Shown: in pieces, positions 18,895 to 29,839 of the stretch | How positions within the stretch are numbered: the first letter of the stretch is position 1 | Layout: the number at the start of each line of letters is the position of its first letter | Source of the DNA: an uncultured Trueperaceae bacterium | Lineage (GTDB): Bacteria; Deinococcota; Deinococci; Deinococcales; Trueperaceae | Length of the DNA stretch: 42,629 bases | Direction of reading: 5' to 3' | Assembly (NCBI GenBank): GCA_963815215.1 | Contig: CAWFFU010000001.1 | Span: forward strand, 1 to 42,629 | Notes under the pieces: model-generated | Told to the model about the DNA's origin: nothing | Databases searched by the model: none | Seen by the model: only the letters and a program-made list of their open reading frames with translations | Translations under genes and position numbers: made by a program

Positions 18895-19848
18895 CTAGGC
18901 GCCGCCTCGCGACGCAGGCGCCAGGTGCGTACGTGCCGGGTACGTAGGCGCCAGGCACGCGGGCGCGAGGCGCTCGAGCGTGGCGCGCTCCCGGTCATCG
19001 AGGCCCAGCAGCTCCAGGCTTTCGTCCCACAACCGTTGCGCCGTCGCGGCGCGGTGTGCCGCGCGCGGCGGACGCACGCGCCGGCCGTCCTTCCAGAGGC
19101 CGCCGCTGAGGCCCGTCAGCGCCGGGTCGCACGCCAGGAACAGGGCCGTCTCGGCCGCTGCCGCAGGCTCGCGACCGACGACCGCCATGGAGAGGCGGAT
19201 CGAGAACTTCAGGAGGCCCCTGCCGCGCCCGAACGCGGTGCGCACGACGCCCGGGTCGAAGGCGTGGGCGCCCAGCGCCTCCGCCGGCACGCGCCGGGCC
19301 AGCTCGGTCGTGACCAGCACTCCCGCGAGCCGCGCCTGGGCGTAGGCGACGAGGCCGTTGTAGCCGCGACGCAACTGCACGTCGCGGTGCACGCGCCCCC
19401 AGTGAGCGACGAGCGAGGCGGTGGTCACGACGCGGCCTCGCGCCGCCAGCAGCGGCTCGAGCAGCAGCAACGTCAGCAGCATGGAGGCGAGGTGATCGAG
19501 CGCGAAGGTCATCTCGATGCCGTCGGCGGACAGCTGGCGGCGCGGGAAGAAGCCGCCGGCGTTGTTCACGAGCAGGTCGAGGCGCGGCGCCTGCGCGCGC
19601 ACCTGCGCCGCCAGGGCACGGACTTCGGACTGGACCGACAGGTCGGCGGGCAGGAAACGGTGCCCGGCGTTGCCGGTCCGTCGCCGCAGATCCGCCACCA
19701 CCTCGGCGCCGGGACCGCCGGCTCGCGATACCAGCAGCACCGTCACGCCACGCTCGGCCAGTCCGGTCGCGACCGCGCGCCCGATCCCGGCGCTGCCGCC
19801 CGTCACCAGCGCCACCCGACCCCGCATGGCATCGCCCGTTGTCGGCAC
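18895..19848 (-). CDS. Short-chain dehydrogenase/reductase (retinol dehydrogenase-like)
   Basis: VTGGSAGIG, DLS, LVNNAG, TAS, YAQARL (catalytic K replaced by R) and DPGVVRT. Start uncertain (19854/19848/19827). Confidence 0.85.
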   Translation of the reverse strand: MPTTGDAMRGRVALVTGGSAGIGRAVATGLAERGVTVLLVSRAGGPGAEVVADLRRRTGNAGHRFLPADLSVQSEVRALAAQVRAQAPRLDLLVNNAGGFFPRRQLSADGIEMTFALDHLASMLLTLLLLEPLLAARGRVVTTASLVAHWGRVHRDVQLRRGYNGLVAYAQARLAGVLVTTELARRVPAEALGAHAFDPGVVRTAFGRGRGLLKFSIRLSMAVVGREPAAAAETALFLACDPALTGLSGGLWKDGRRVRPPRAAHRAATAQRLWDESLELLGLDDRERATLERLAPACLAPTYPARTHLAPASRGGA

Positions 19849-19884
19849 GCCCAACTGTAGCGCCGCGGCGGCGGAGCCTTCGTT

Positions 19885-20244
19885 CTACGGACTCGCCTGG
19901 TAGCGCAGCACCCGCACGTTCTCCACGGTGATGAGCCCGCCGCCCTCCAGCAGACGCTCGAGCCGCGCGATCAGGGCGTCGATGCGTTCGGCGTCGTCCA
20001 CCACCTCGATCACCACCGGCAGGTCGCCGGAGAGGCGCCACAGCTCGGGCCGGTGGATGATGCTGTCGGCACCGAAACCGATGGAGCCGAACAGGACCGT
20101 GGCGCCGGCCAGACCCAGCTCGCGCGCCGTCTCGACCACCGCCCGGAAGGCGGGCACCCCGCCCACCCGGTCGCGCTCGCCCAGGAACACGCGCAGCAGC
20201 CTCCCGGCGGGAGCCTCGTCGCCCAGCTTCACCGTCGCCGTCAT
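19885..20244 (-). CDS. DUF190 family (PII-like) protein
   Basis: LLRVFLGERD, GLAGATVL.G..GFG..S.IH, LSGDLPVVIEVVD, GGLITVENV. Confidence 0.85.
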   Translation of the reverse strand: MTATVKLGDEAPAGRLLRVFLGERDRVGGVPAFRAVVETARELGLAGATVLFGSIGFGADSIIHRPELWRLSGDLPVVIEVVDDAERIDALIARLERLLEGGGLITVENVRVLRYQASP

Positions 20245-20269
20245 GCCGTCATCAGCCTAGCACCGGCGC

Positions 20270-20749
20270 TCAGAACGTCGACGGCCGCGTTCCCTGCGCC
20301 CGTCCCGAGAAGGTGGCCGCCCACGCGCCGGCGCGGCGCAGCTCGCCGTACAGGATGGTGCCGGGACCCTCCGAGGCCATGAAGCTCGTGGGCGGGCTGA
20401 TGACGTGGGCGCCCTTCTCGCGCAACCGCTGGGTCAACCCGTTGGCGGTCGAGCCCATCATCCACTTCGCTCCCGGGCGCCAGGTGTCGAACGCCACCGC
20501 CAGCTTGCCCCGCAGGGCGTCGACGGGGAGCCGTTCGATGAGGTGCTGCAGGTGGTGGATCTCCTCCAGGTGACCGTGCGTGGGCGCGCCGATGACGATC
20601 AGGTCGGCCTCCACCAGGGCTTCGCGCTGCGCCTGGAAGGGAGCGGCGACCACCCTTACGAGCCCGAACGGCTCCAGCGTCCGCGCCACCGCGCGCGCCA
20701 CGTGGCCCGACGTACCGCAGGTCGCGTCGTACAGCACCACCGTCTGCAT
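20270..20749 (-). CDS. Flavodoxin-like protein
   Basis: VVLYDATCGTS (variant FMN loop), DLIVIGAPTHG, AVAFDT, GELRRA.AWA. SD aggagg. Confidence 0.75.
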   Translation of the reverse strand: MQTVVLYDATCGTSGHVARAVARTLEPFGLVRVVAAPFQAQREALVEADLIVIGAPTHGHLEEIHHLQHLIERLPVDALRGKLAVAFDTWRPGAKWMMGSTANGLTQRLREKGAHVISPPTSFMASEGPGTILYGELRRAGAWAATFSGRAQGTRPSTF

Positions 20750-20877
20750 GTGCTCCTCCTACGGCTCGAGCGCCGAAGTGACGACTCCCACGCCCGCGCG
20801 CCGATCGCGGCGACCCCCAACGATCCATCACGAGATTTGGGGGAGTGTAGGGACCCGGGCGGGGCCAGCGCAAGGGC

Positions 20878-20937
20878 GCATTGTCCCGCACGGCATCTGC
20901 CCGCACGGCATCTGCCCGCACGGCATTGTCCCGCCCA
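20878..20937 (+). repeat. 15-bp tandem repeat x4 in a divergent intergenic region
   Basis: gcattgtcccgcacg, gcatctgcccgcacg x2, gcattgtcccgccca. Confidence 0.85.
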
Positions 20938-21030
20938 GCCGTCTTCCGGCCGGCGTCCGCTGGGCGCCGTACGGTATGACTCTCGGCATGACCGCCCACG
21001 CGCAGGACCCACGGTGACGGCGGTACGCCC

Positions 21031-21951
21031 GTGACCGATGCCCTGGTGCAGGTCGGGCTGCTCATCGGCCTCGGCTTCCTGCTGCGGCGCTCGAGCTTCC
21101 TCGACCCCGGCTTCTGGCGCAGCTTCGAGCGCCTGGTCTACTTCGTGCTGCTCCCCACACTGATGTTCCGGGTGCTGGCCGACGCCTCGATCGACGGCTC
21201 GGTGGCGGCGCGGCTCGCCGGCGCGGTCGCCCTCGCGATCGTGCTGCTGGCGCTGCTGCTGCTGCTGGCGCGGCGGCCCCTGCGGCTCGGCGGCCCCGCC
21301 TTCACCTCGGTGTTCCAGGGCAGCGTGCGCTTCAACAGCTACGTGGCGCTGGCGGTCATCCCGGCGGTGTTCGGCAACGGCGGGCTGGAGTTGCTGGCCG
21401 TGCTGATCGCCGTGGTGGTGCCGCTGGTGAACGTCCTGAGCGTGCTGATGCTCGCCGTCTTCGCCGGCGGCCCCTCCCCCACGCCCTGGCGGGTGTTGCG
21501 GTCGATCGCCGGCAACCCGCTCATCGTGGCCAGCGTGCTGGGCATCGTCGCCAACCTCACCCTGCACGGCCTGCCCGCCACTGTCGATGGGGCGCTGGCG
21601 GTGCTGGCGCGCGCCGCCCTGCCGTCGGGGCTCATGGTGGTGGGCGCGGCGCTCGTCCCGAGCGCGTTCCGGGACCACGCGCGCGGGCTCGGCGTGTCGC
21701 TGCTGGCGCGCTTCGCGCTGCTGCCGGCGCTGTCGTTCGGCCTCGGCGTCCTGTTCCACCTGCCGGCCGAGGCGCTGGGGGTGCTGGTGCTGTTCCAGGC
21801 GCAGCCGACCGCCACCTCGGCCTACCTGCTCGCCCGCCAGCTCGGCGGGGACGCCGAGCTGATGGCCAGCATCATCACCGGCCAGACGCTGCTCGCCTTC
21901 GGCGTGCTGCCGGCGGTAGCGGCGGCGGTGGTGGCGCTGGTGCCGGGGTGA
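21031..21951 (+). CDS. AEC (auxin efflux carrier/malate permease) family transporter
   Basis: ERLVYFVLLPTL, TSVFQGSVRFNSYV, NPLIVA, PTATSAYLLARQLGGD..LMA.II..QT. Confidence 0.9.
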   Translation: MTDALVQVGLLIGLGFLLRRSSFLDPGFWRSFERLVYFVLLPTLMFRVLADASIDGSVAARLAGAVALAIVLLALLLLLARRPLRLGGPAFTSVFQGSVRFNSYVALAVIPAVFGNGGLELLAVLIAVVVPLVNVLSVLMLAVFAGGPSPTPWRVLRSIAGNPLIVASVLGIVANLTLHGLPATVDGALAVLARAALPSGLMVVGAALVPSAFRDHARGLGVSLLARFALLPALSFGLGVLFHLPAEALGVLVLFQAQPTATSAYLLARQLGGDAELMASIITGQTLLAFGVLPAVAAAVVALVPG

Positions 21952-22018
21952 GGCCGGGCGCGGCGCGTCTTCGGCGCCCTGTCGCGCGCCGTCTACAGAG
22001 CCGCCTAGAGTGCCGTGC

Positions 22019-22528
22019 TCAGCGCCACTCCCCCGCGTACTCCAGGCGCAGCGGCTGGACCTCCCGAGCCCAGTAATCGTAGTGCAGCTTGGTGAGCTGC
22101 CGGACGTGCAGCAGGTCGTGCACCACCCAGGCGGCGAGCAGCTCGCCCGTCGTGCGACCCGTAGGCGACGCGATCTCGAGGTTCGGCGCCTCGAGGGTCG
22201 CGAGCCAAGCCAGCGAGGCACGCCGCTCGGCCAGGAAGCCCTCGAGCGAGGGTCCGAGCTGCCGTTCGTTGTAGCGGCGCTCGATCGCCCAGCGCGGCGG
22301 GTCGATCGGCGGCACGGGCTCGTCGGGGCGCTCCAACAGGTGGCGGAAGCGGTAGCGGAAGTCCTCCCGTTCCTCGTCGTAGAGGTGGTTGATCACCTCC
22401 AGGATCGACCATCGTTCCGGGCCCGGCTTCCAGCGCGCCTGTGCGTCGCTCACGCCCTTCACGAGATCGTGGAGGACCTGGACGCTGGCGGCGAGACGGT
22501 TCGAGGCGGTCTCCACGTTCACGGGCAT
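22019..22528 (-). CDS. DinB/YfiT-like four-helix metalloprotein
   Basis: WSILEVINHLYDEE and WVVHDLLHVRQ His triad. Confidence 0.85.
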   Translation of the reverse strand: MPVNVETASNRLAASVQVLHDLVKGVSDAQARWKPGPERWSILEVINHLYDEEREDFRYRFRHLLERPDEPVPPIDPPRWAIERRYNERQLGPSLEGFLAERRASLAWLATLEAPNLEIASPTGRTTGELLAAWVVHDLLHVRQLTKLHYDYWAREVQPLRLEYAGEWR

Positions 22529-22890
22529 CGTGGTTGCAGTCTAGCCTGCCGGGCGCTGTGACCCGCGTCACCGACAATCCGCTCGCCGGCCTGCGCGCCT
22601 GCCGCATCCGCGCGCCTCAGCCGCGCGCCGCGGCCGACCGCGCGCGGAGTACCATGACGCCAACGCGATCGGCGCGCCGAGCCCTACGGCGGACCGGGCG
22701 CCCCTCCGGGGCACCCGCCGGCGAGGTGTCGACGCCCTGCCGCGCGGACCCGGGAGGGGGTCGAACCCAGCTTATGGACGAACCGGCCACGACGACACTC
22801 GTGAGCACGCGACCGGTCAGGGAGACGGCGCCGGTCTGGGGAACTGCACCGGTCGGGGGAACTGCGCCGGCCAGAGGATCGGCGCTGCGG

Positions 22891-24387
22891 ATGCGTACGG
22901 CCCGCACTCTGGCCCGCGCCCTGGCGCTGCTGGCGGCGGCCGCGCTGCTGCTGCCGTCCGCACTGGCGCAGGATCTCGCTTCGCGCGTGCACAGCGTCAC
23001 CCTCGCCAACGGCCTGCGCATCCTGCTGGTCGAGCAGCACGCGGCGCCGGTGGTGAGCTTCGACCTGATGTTCGACGTCGGCGGCATCGACGAGCCGCCG
23101 GGCCTGGGCGGCATCGCCCACATGGTCGAGCACATGGCCTTCAAGGGCACGGAGACCATCGGCACCGATCACCCGCAGCAGGAGCAACAGGCGCTCACCG
23201 ACGTCGAGATCCTCGCCTACGCCCTGAAGCATGCGCAGGACGAGGGCGACGCGGCGCTCGTCGCGAAGCTCCAGAAGACCTTCCTGGCGGCCCGCAAGCA
23301 GGCCCAGTCGCTCGCCTCGCAGGCCCCGCTCGACGGCATCCTGTCGGTCAACGGCGCCGTCGGACTCAACGCCTCCACCGGCTACGACTACACCCACTAC
23401 GTGGTGTCGCTGCCGGCCAACCGCGTGGCGCTCTACGCCCGCATCTACGCCGACGAGATGGCGAATGCGGTGTTCCGCTCGTTCTACGAGGAGCGCGACG
23501 TGGTGCGCGAGGAGCGGCGCCAGCGCAGCGAGGACGACCCGCAAGGGGTGCTGTTCGAGGCGTTCCTGGGCGCCGCCTTCCAGGGCACGCCCTACGCACG
23601 GCCGTTGATCGGTTCGGCGCACGCTATCGAGGGGTACACCGCCACCCGGGCGCACGCCTTCTACCAGTCGTTCTACGCGCCCGACCGCGCGGTGCTGGTG
23701 GCGGTCGGCGACCTCGACCCGGTCAAGGACCTGGCCACGCTCGAGACGTACTTCGGCGCGGTGCCGGCCCACCCCACGTTGCAGACCCGCTTCCCGGCGC
23801 CGCCGGCGCAGACCGCCGAGCGACGCGTGTCGGTGACCTTCCCGGCGCAGCCGCAGCTCGTCATCGGCTACCACAAGCCCACCTACCCCTCACGCGAGGC
23901 CTACGTGCTCGACCTGATCGACGCACTGCTCGGCAGCGGGCGCACGTCGCGCCTGTACGAGCGCCTGGTGGTGCAGGATCAGGTGGCGGCCAGCGTCAGC
24001 ACCGCCAGCAGTTTCCCCGGCACGCGCCTGCCCGACGCCTTCATCGTCTACGCCCTGCCGCGCGCGCCGCACACCACCGCCGAGGTCGAGGCTGCCGTCT
24101 ACGACGAGCTCCGCAGGCTGGCGACCGAGCCGGTGGGCGACCGTGAGCTGCAGAAGGTCAAGAACCTGGTGAGGGCCCAGACGCTTCGCACCTGGTCGTC
24201 GAACGCCGGGCTGGCACAGAACCTCGCCTACAACGAGTTGTTCGCCGGCGGCTGGCAGCACCTGATGAGCGACCTCGACACCTACGACTCGGTCACGGCC
24301 GCGGAGGTCCGGGCGGTGGCTGCGAAGGTGTTCACGGCCCGCAACCGCACCGTGGCGGTGCTCGAGCCGCCGAAGGGAGGCAAGTGA
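22891..24387 (+). CDS. M16B (pitrilysin/insulinase) zinc peptidase, catalytic subunit, with signal peptide
   Basis: GIAHMVEHMAFKG (HxxEH), LNASTGYD.T.Y, ERDVVREERR, SRLY. Signal peptide ends ALAQ. Start uncertain (22774 possible). Confidence 0.9.
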   Translation: MRTARTLARALALLAAAALLLPSALAQDLASRVHSVTLANGLRILLVEQHAAPVVSFDLMFDVGGIDEPPGLGGIAHMVEHMAFKGTETIGTDHPQQEQQALTDVEILAYALKHAQDEGDAALVAKLQKTFLAARKQAQSLASQAPLDGILSVNGAVGLNASTGYDYTHYVVSLPANRVALYARIYADEMANAVFRSFYEERDVVREERRQRSEDDPQGVLFEAFLGAAFQGTPYARPLIGSAHAIEGYTATRAHAFYQSFYAPDRAVLVAVGDLDPVKDLATLETYFGAVPAHPTLQTRFPAPPAQTAERRVSVTFPAQPQLVIGYHKPTYPSREAYVLDLIDALLGSGRTSRLYERLVVQDQVAASVSTASSFPGTRLPDAFIVYALPRAPHTTAEVEAAVYDELRRLATEPVGDRELQKVKNLVRAQTLRTWSSNAGLAQNLAYNELFAGGWQHLMSDLDTYDSVTAAEVRAVAAKVFTARNRTVAVLEPPKGGK

Positions 24388-25862
24388 TGCGCCGCGCCTC
24401 CAGTCCGCCGACCGGCGCACGGGTCGCAGGCGCACGGATGGCGCGCGCACGGATCGGCCGCACCCTGAGCGCGGTCGCCCTGGCCGCCCTCGCGCTCACC
24501 GCGTCCGCGCAACCCGCGAGCTGGCCCGACCCGAGCGCCATGACCTTCCCGCCCATCCACTTCCAGGCGCCGGCCCCGCACAAGGCGGTGCTCGCCAACG
24601 GCATCACCGTCTACCTCGCCGAGGACCACGCGCTGCCGCTGGTGCGCGGCGTCGCCTACGTGAAGGCGCCCGGCGTCTACGACCCGCCCGGCAGGACCGG
24701 GCTGGCGAGCTTCACGGCCCGGCTCCTGCGCGACGGCGGCGCCGGCGGACGCGCGCCCGACGCTATCGACGAACAGCTCGCGTACCTGGGCGCGTCGGTG
24801 GAGGCGAGCTCGTCCAACGACTACGCCGCGGTGTCGTTCTCCGCCCTGGCCGGCAACGTCGATCAAGTGTTGCCCCTGTGGCAGGACGTGCTCACCCGGC
24901 CCGACTTCGCGCCGGCGCGCGTCGAAGTGGAGCGTCAGCGTCAGCTCGAGGCGATCCGGCGGGTGGCCGACAACCCGGTGCAGCTCGCCGTGCGCGAGTT
25001 CTCCTACCGTGTCGCCGAGGGGCACCCGTCGGGCGCCTATCCCACCGCCGACACCATCGACGCCATCCGGCGCAGCGACCTGGTCGCCTTCCACGATGCC
25101 TACTACGCCCCGGCCTCGACCGTGGTGGCGATCACCGGGGACTTCGACAGCGCGCAGATGCTCGAGACGTTGAACGCCACGCTCGGGAGCTGGCGCCACG
25201 CACTGGCGCCGGCGCCCCGGCTCCCGGTCTTCAACCAGCACCCGACGCCGAAGGTCTACTTCGTGCAGAAGGACGTGCAGCAGTCGATCCTCCTGGTCGG
25301 CCAGCCGGCCATGAAGGCCTACACCCCGAGCTACGACGCCTTCACCGTCGCCAACCAGATCCTCGGCGCCGGCGGCTTCACCAGCCGCCTGTTCACCGAC
25401 ATCCGCACCCGGCGCGGGCTGGCCTACAGCACCGGCTCGCAGCTCTCGCAGGGCTTCGCCTACCCGGGGACCTTCCTGGCCTACGCCTTCACCCGCGCCG
25501 ACGCCACCGGCCGGGTGCTGCACCTGCTGCTCGACGAGATCGACCGACTCGGCACGGAGGGCGTGACGGCCGCGGAGGTGGCGCAGGCGCGCGAGCAGAT
25601 CGTCAACCAGGCCGTCTTCCGCGACACGTCGGTGGCCGCCACCACCGAGCGCACCGCCCGCGTCCAGCTGCTCGGCCTGCCCGAGGGCTACTTCCAGGCG
25701 TTCCTGGACACCGTCCAGACCATCACGCCTGCCGAGGTGCAGGCCGCCGCGAAGCAGGTCCTCGACCCCGGCGCCATGGTGATCATGGTGGTCGGGAACG
25801 CCGACGCGTTCGACGAGCCCCTGAGCGACTTCGGCCCGGTGGTGGACGTGCCGCTGCAATGA
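24384..25862 (+). CDS. M16B peptidase non-catalytic partner subunit
   Basis: Same fold (LANGITVYL, ILGAGGFTSRLF..IRTRRGLAYS) but lacks HxxEH. Overlaps the upstream stop and has a signal peptide. Confidence 0.88.
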   Translation: MMRRASSPPTGARVAGARMARARIGRTLSAVALAALALTASAQPASWPDPSAMTFPPIHFQAPAPHKAVLANGITVYLAEDHALPLVRGVAYVKAPGVYDPPGRTGLASFTARLLRDGGAGGRAPDAIDEQLAYLGASVEASSSNDYAAVSFSALAGNVDQVLPLWQDVLTRPDFAPARVEVERQRQLEAIRRVADNPVQLAVREFSYRVAEGHPSGAYPTADTIDAIRRSDLVAFHDAYYAPASTVVAITGDFDSAQMLETLNATLGSWRHALAPAPRLPVFNQHPTPKVYFVQKDVQQSILLVGQPAMKAYTPSYDAFTVANQILGAGGFTSRLFTDIRTRRGLAYSTGSQLSQGFAYPGTFLAYAFTRADATGRVLHLLLDEIDRLGTEGVTAAEVAQAREQIVNQAVFRDTSVAATTERTARVQLLGLPEGYFQAFLDTVQTITPAEVQAAAKQVLDPGAMVIMVVGNADAFDEPLSDFGPVVDVPLQ

Positions 25863-26005
25863 GCGCTCCGGGCGGCAGCGGCAGGTCCGGTCGCCCGCCG
25901 CTGCCGCCCCCCGGGACGCCGGGCGGCGCCGACCGGGCCCGCCGCGGCCGGGCCTGAGCGTCGCGAGCGCGTGTGCGCCCCGGCGACCGGCGCCGGCGCG
26001 TGGCT

Positions 26006-26584
26006 TCAACGAACGGGTTCGTAGACGAGCTTCTGGATGCCGTTCTCGTACGCCTCGCTCTCGACCAGGCGCAGCATCTGCTTCGCCTTGTCGCGACCGC
26101 TGAACAGGCGCTGTCCCGCGCCCAGCAGCAGGGGGAAGACCAGCAGGTGGTACCGGTCGATCAGGCCGGCATCGGTGAGGCCTCTGCCGAGCGTGGCGCT
26201 GCCGTGCATGATGATCGGGCCGCCTTCGCCGCGCTTCAGATCCGCGACCTGGTCCAGCGTACGGAGGATCCTCGTCGCTCCCCAGTTCGTCACGAGGTCG
26301 GTCTCCTCCATCGTGGTCGACACGACGTACTTCGGCATGGCGTTGTAGTCGGTGAACTCCTCCATGCCCGGCCACACGGGCGCGAACGCCTCGTAGCTCC
26401 GCCGACCCATCAGCATGGCCGTGGCTTCCCGCTGCTCCCGGGCCTTGATCTCGTAGGCCGCCTCGACGAAATCGAGGTCCTCGAAGGTCCAGCCGGCGCT
26501 CCGGTGCGTCTCGGAAGGGCCGCCCCCCGGGGCTTCGACGACGCCGTCGAGCGAGACGAAGGACGTGGAGATCAGTGTGCGCAT
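26006..26584 (-). CDS. Dihydrofolate reductase-like (RibD C-terminal) protein
   Basis: FVSLDGV, LMGRRSY, PKYVVS, HGSATL, LIDRYHL.VFP.LLG.G.RLF. SD ggagg. Confidence 0.88.
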   Translation of the reverse strand: MRTLISTSFVSLDGVVEAPGGGPSETHRSAGWTFEDLDFVEAAYEIKAREQREATAMLMGRRSYEAFAPVWPGMEEFTDYNAMPKYVVSTTMEETDLVTNWGATRILRTLDQVADLKRGEGGPIIMHGSATLGRGLTDAGLIDRYHLLVFPLLLGAGQRLFSGRDKAKQMLRLVESEAYENGIQKLVYEPVR

Positions 26585-26875
26585 GTGCGCCCTCCCATGG
26601 GCACGGGGCTTCGCGCAGGCCTAGCGATGCGGCGCCGCCGTGGTGGCGCGCATCTCACCTTGCCGATCGTGCCGCTCGGTGGCATCCTACGCCCGGGTCG
26701 ACGCGCCCGAACGTGCGCGAGCGAACGGCGACCCCGGGGCGCCCGGAGCGCCGGGCCGCGCGCGCCGCGGCGGTCGCGCAGGGCCTCGCCCGACCCCCGC
26801 TTCGACACCACGGCCGGTACGTCCGATTCGCCTGAATCAGGTCGCGTTATGCCGGGAATCAGACGGTCGTATGCC

Positions 26876-26904
26876 CTGAGTACCCATAACGCTGAGTACC
26901 CATA
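26876..26904. promoter_or_regulatory. 13-bp direct repeat upstream of acs (candidate transcription factor site)
   Basis: CTGAGTACCCATA at 26876-26888 and 26892-26904 in a comparatively AT-rich intergenic region. Confidence 0.4.
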
Positions 26905-27003
26905 CCGGGGCGAACAACCTTGCGTCCGGGGCATTTGTCCCACTATGGTTGGGGGGTATCTAAAACCTTAAGGCTTGATGAAGCCGCGAACGGGAGGCAA
27001 TCG

Positions 27004-29028
<2,025 letters not shown>

Positions 29029-29115
29029 CCGGTTCACTCGTGACGCCCGACCGAGGGCCCCGGTGATGGGGGCGACCGCCGTGCCCAGCGGAGGCGCCTT
29101 AAGGAGGCGGATCGG

Positions 29116-29679
29116 ATGAACGCAAAGCTCGCCAACCCTGCACCGTTAGGACTTGCAGGCTTCGCATTCACCACCTGGATGCTCAGCATGATCAACGTCG
29201 GCTGGTTCGACGCCAAGAGCATGGGCCTGGTGCTCGCCCTGGCGCTGGCCTACGGCGGTACGGCGCAGATGGTTGCCGGCATCCTGGAGTTCCCTCGAGG
29301 CAACACCTTCGGCACCGTGGCGTTCTTCTCCTACGGCTCGTTCTGGTGGTCGTTCGCCCTGTTCGTGTACTTCTTCGGGACCGGCGTTTCGGGAGCCTTC
29401 GTGGGCTGGTACCTGTTCGTGTGGGGCATCTTCACCTTCTACATGTGGATCGCCAGCATGAAGGCCAATACCGCCCTGATGCTGGTGTTCCTGGCGCTGT
29501 GGATCACCTTCCTGTTCCTGGCGCTGGGCGAGTGGGGGCTCACCGCCTTCCACACCATCGGCGGCTACGTAGGCCTGATCACCGCCATCCTGGCGTTCTA
29601 CCTGTCCGCCGCCGAAGTGATCAACGAGTCCTTCGGCCGCACCGTGCTGCCCATCTCGGGCGGCGGGGCCGCGAAGTAG
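29116..29679 (+). CDS. satP: Acetate uptake transporter (GPR1/FUN34/YaaH, SatP)
   Basis: ANPAPLGL motif, YGGTAQ..AG, GNTFG..AF.SYG.FW. SD aaggagg. Downstream of acs. Confidence 0.92.
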   Translation: MNAKLANPAPLGLAGFAFTTWMLSMINVGWFDAKSMGLVLALALAYGGTAQMVAGILEFPRGNTFGTVAFFSYGSFWWSFALFVYFFGTGVSGAFVGWYLFVWGIFTFYMWIASMKANTALMLVFLALWITFLFLALGEWGLTAFHTIGGYVGLITAILAFYLSAAEVINESFGRTVLPISGGGAAK

Positions 29680-29839
29680 GCGGCAGCCGGGGACTGAGTC
29701 TCCGACGTCGTCCCGAGCCGCGGCCCACTGCGGGCCGGCCGCTCGGCGAGCAGACCGGGAGCGCGCGGGGGCGCGCTCCCGGTCTCGTGTCGTCGGCCCT
29801 CGGCTGCGGGCGCCGTTGTGAGGACGCGATCGCCGGCGC

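Noticed and set aside
20244..20270. Fluoride riboswitch before DUF190 (GCTGATGAC on the minus strand)
   Set aside because: The 5' GATGG...CGCC half is absent, there is only ~25 bp of intergenic space, and no crcB is present.
22741..22772. tRNA fragment or att site (GGGTTCGACCCCC on the minus strand)
   Set aside because: Only 3 bp of T-stem, no cloverleaf or CCA, and no integrase nearby.
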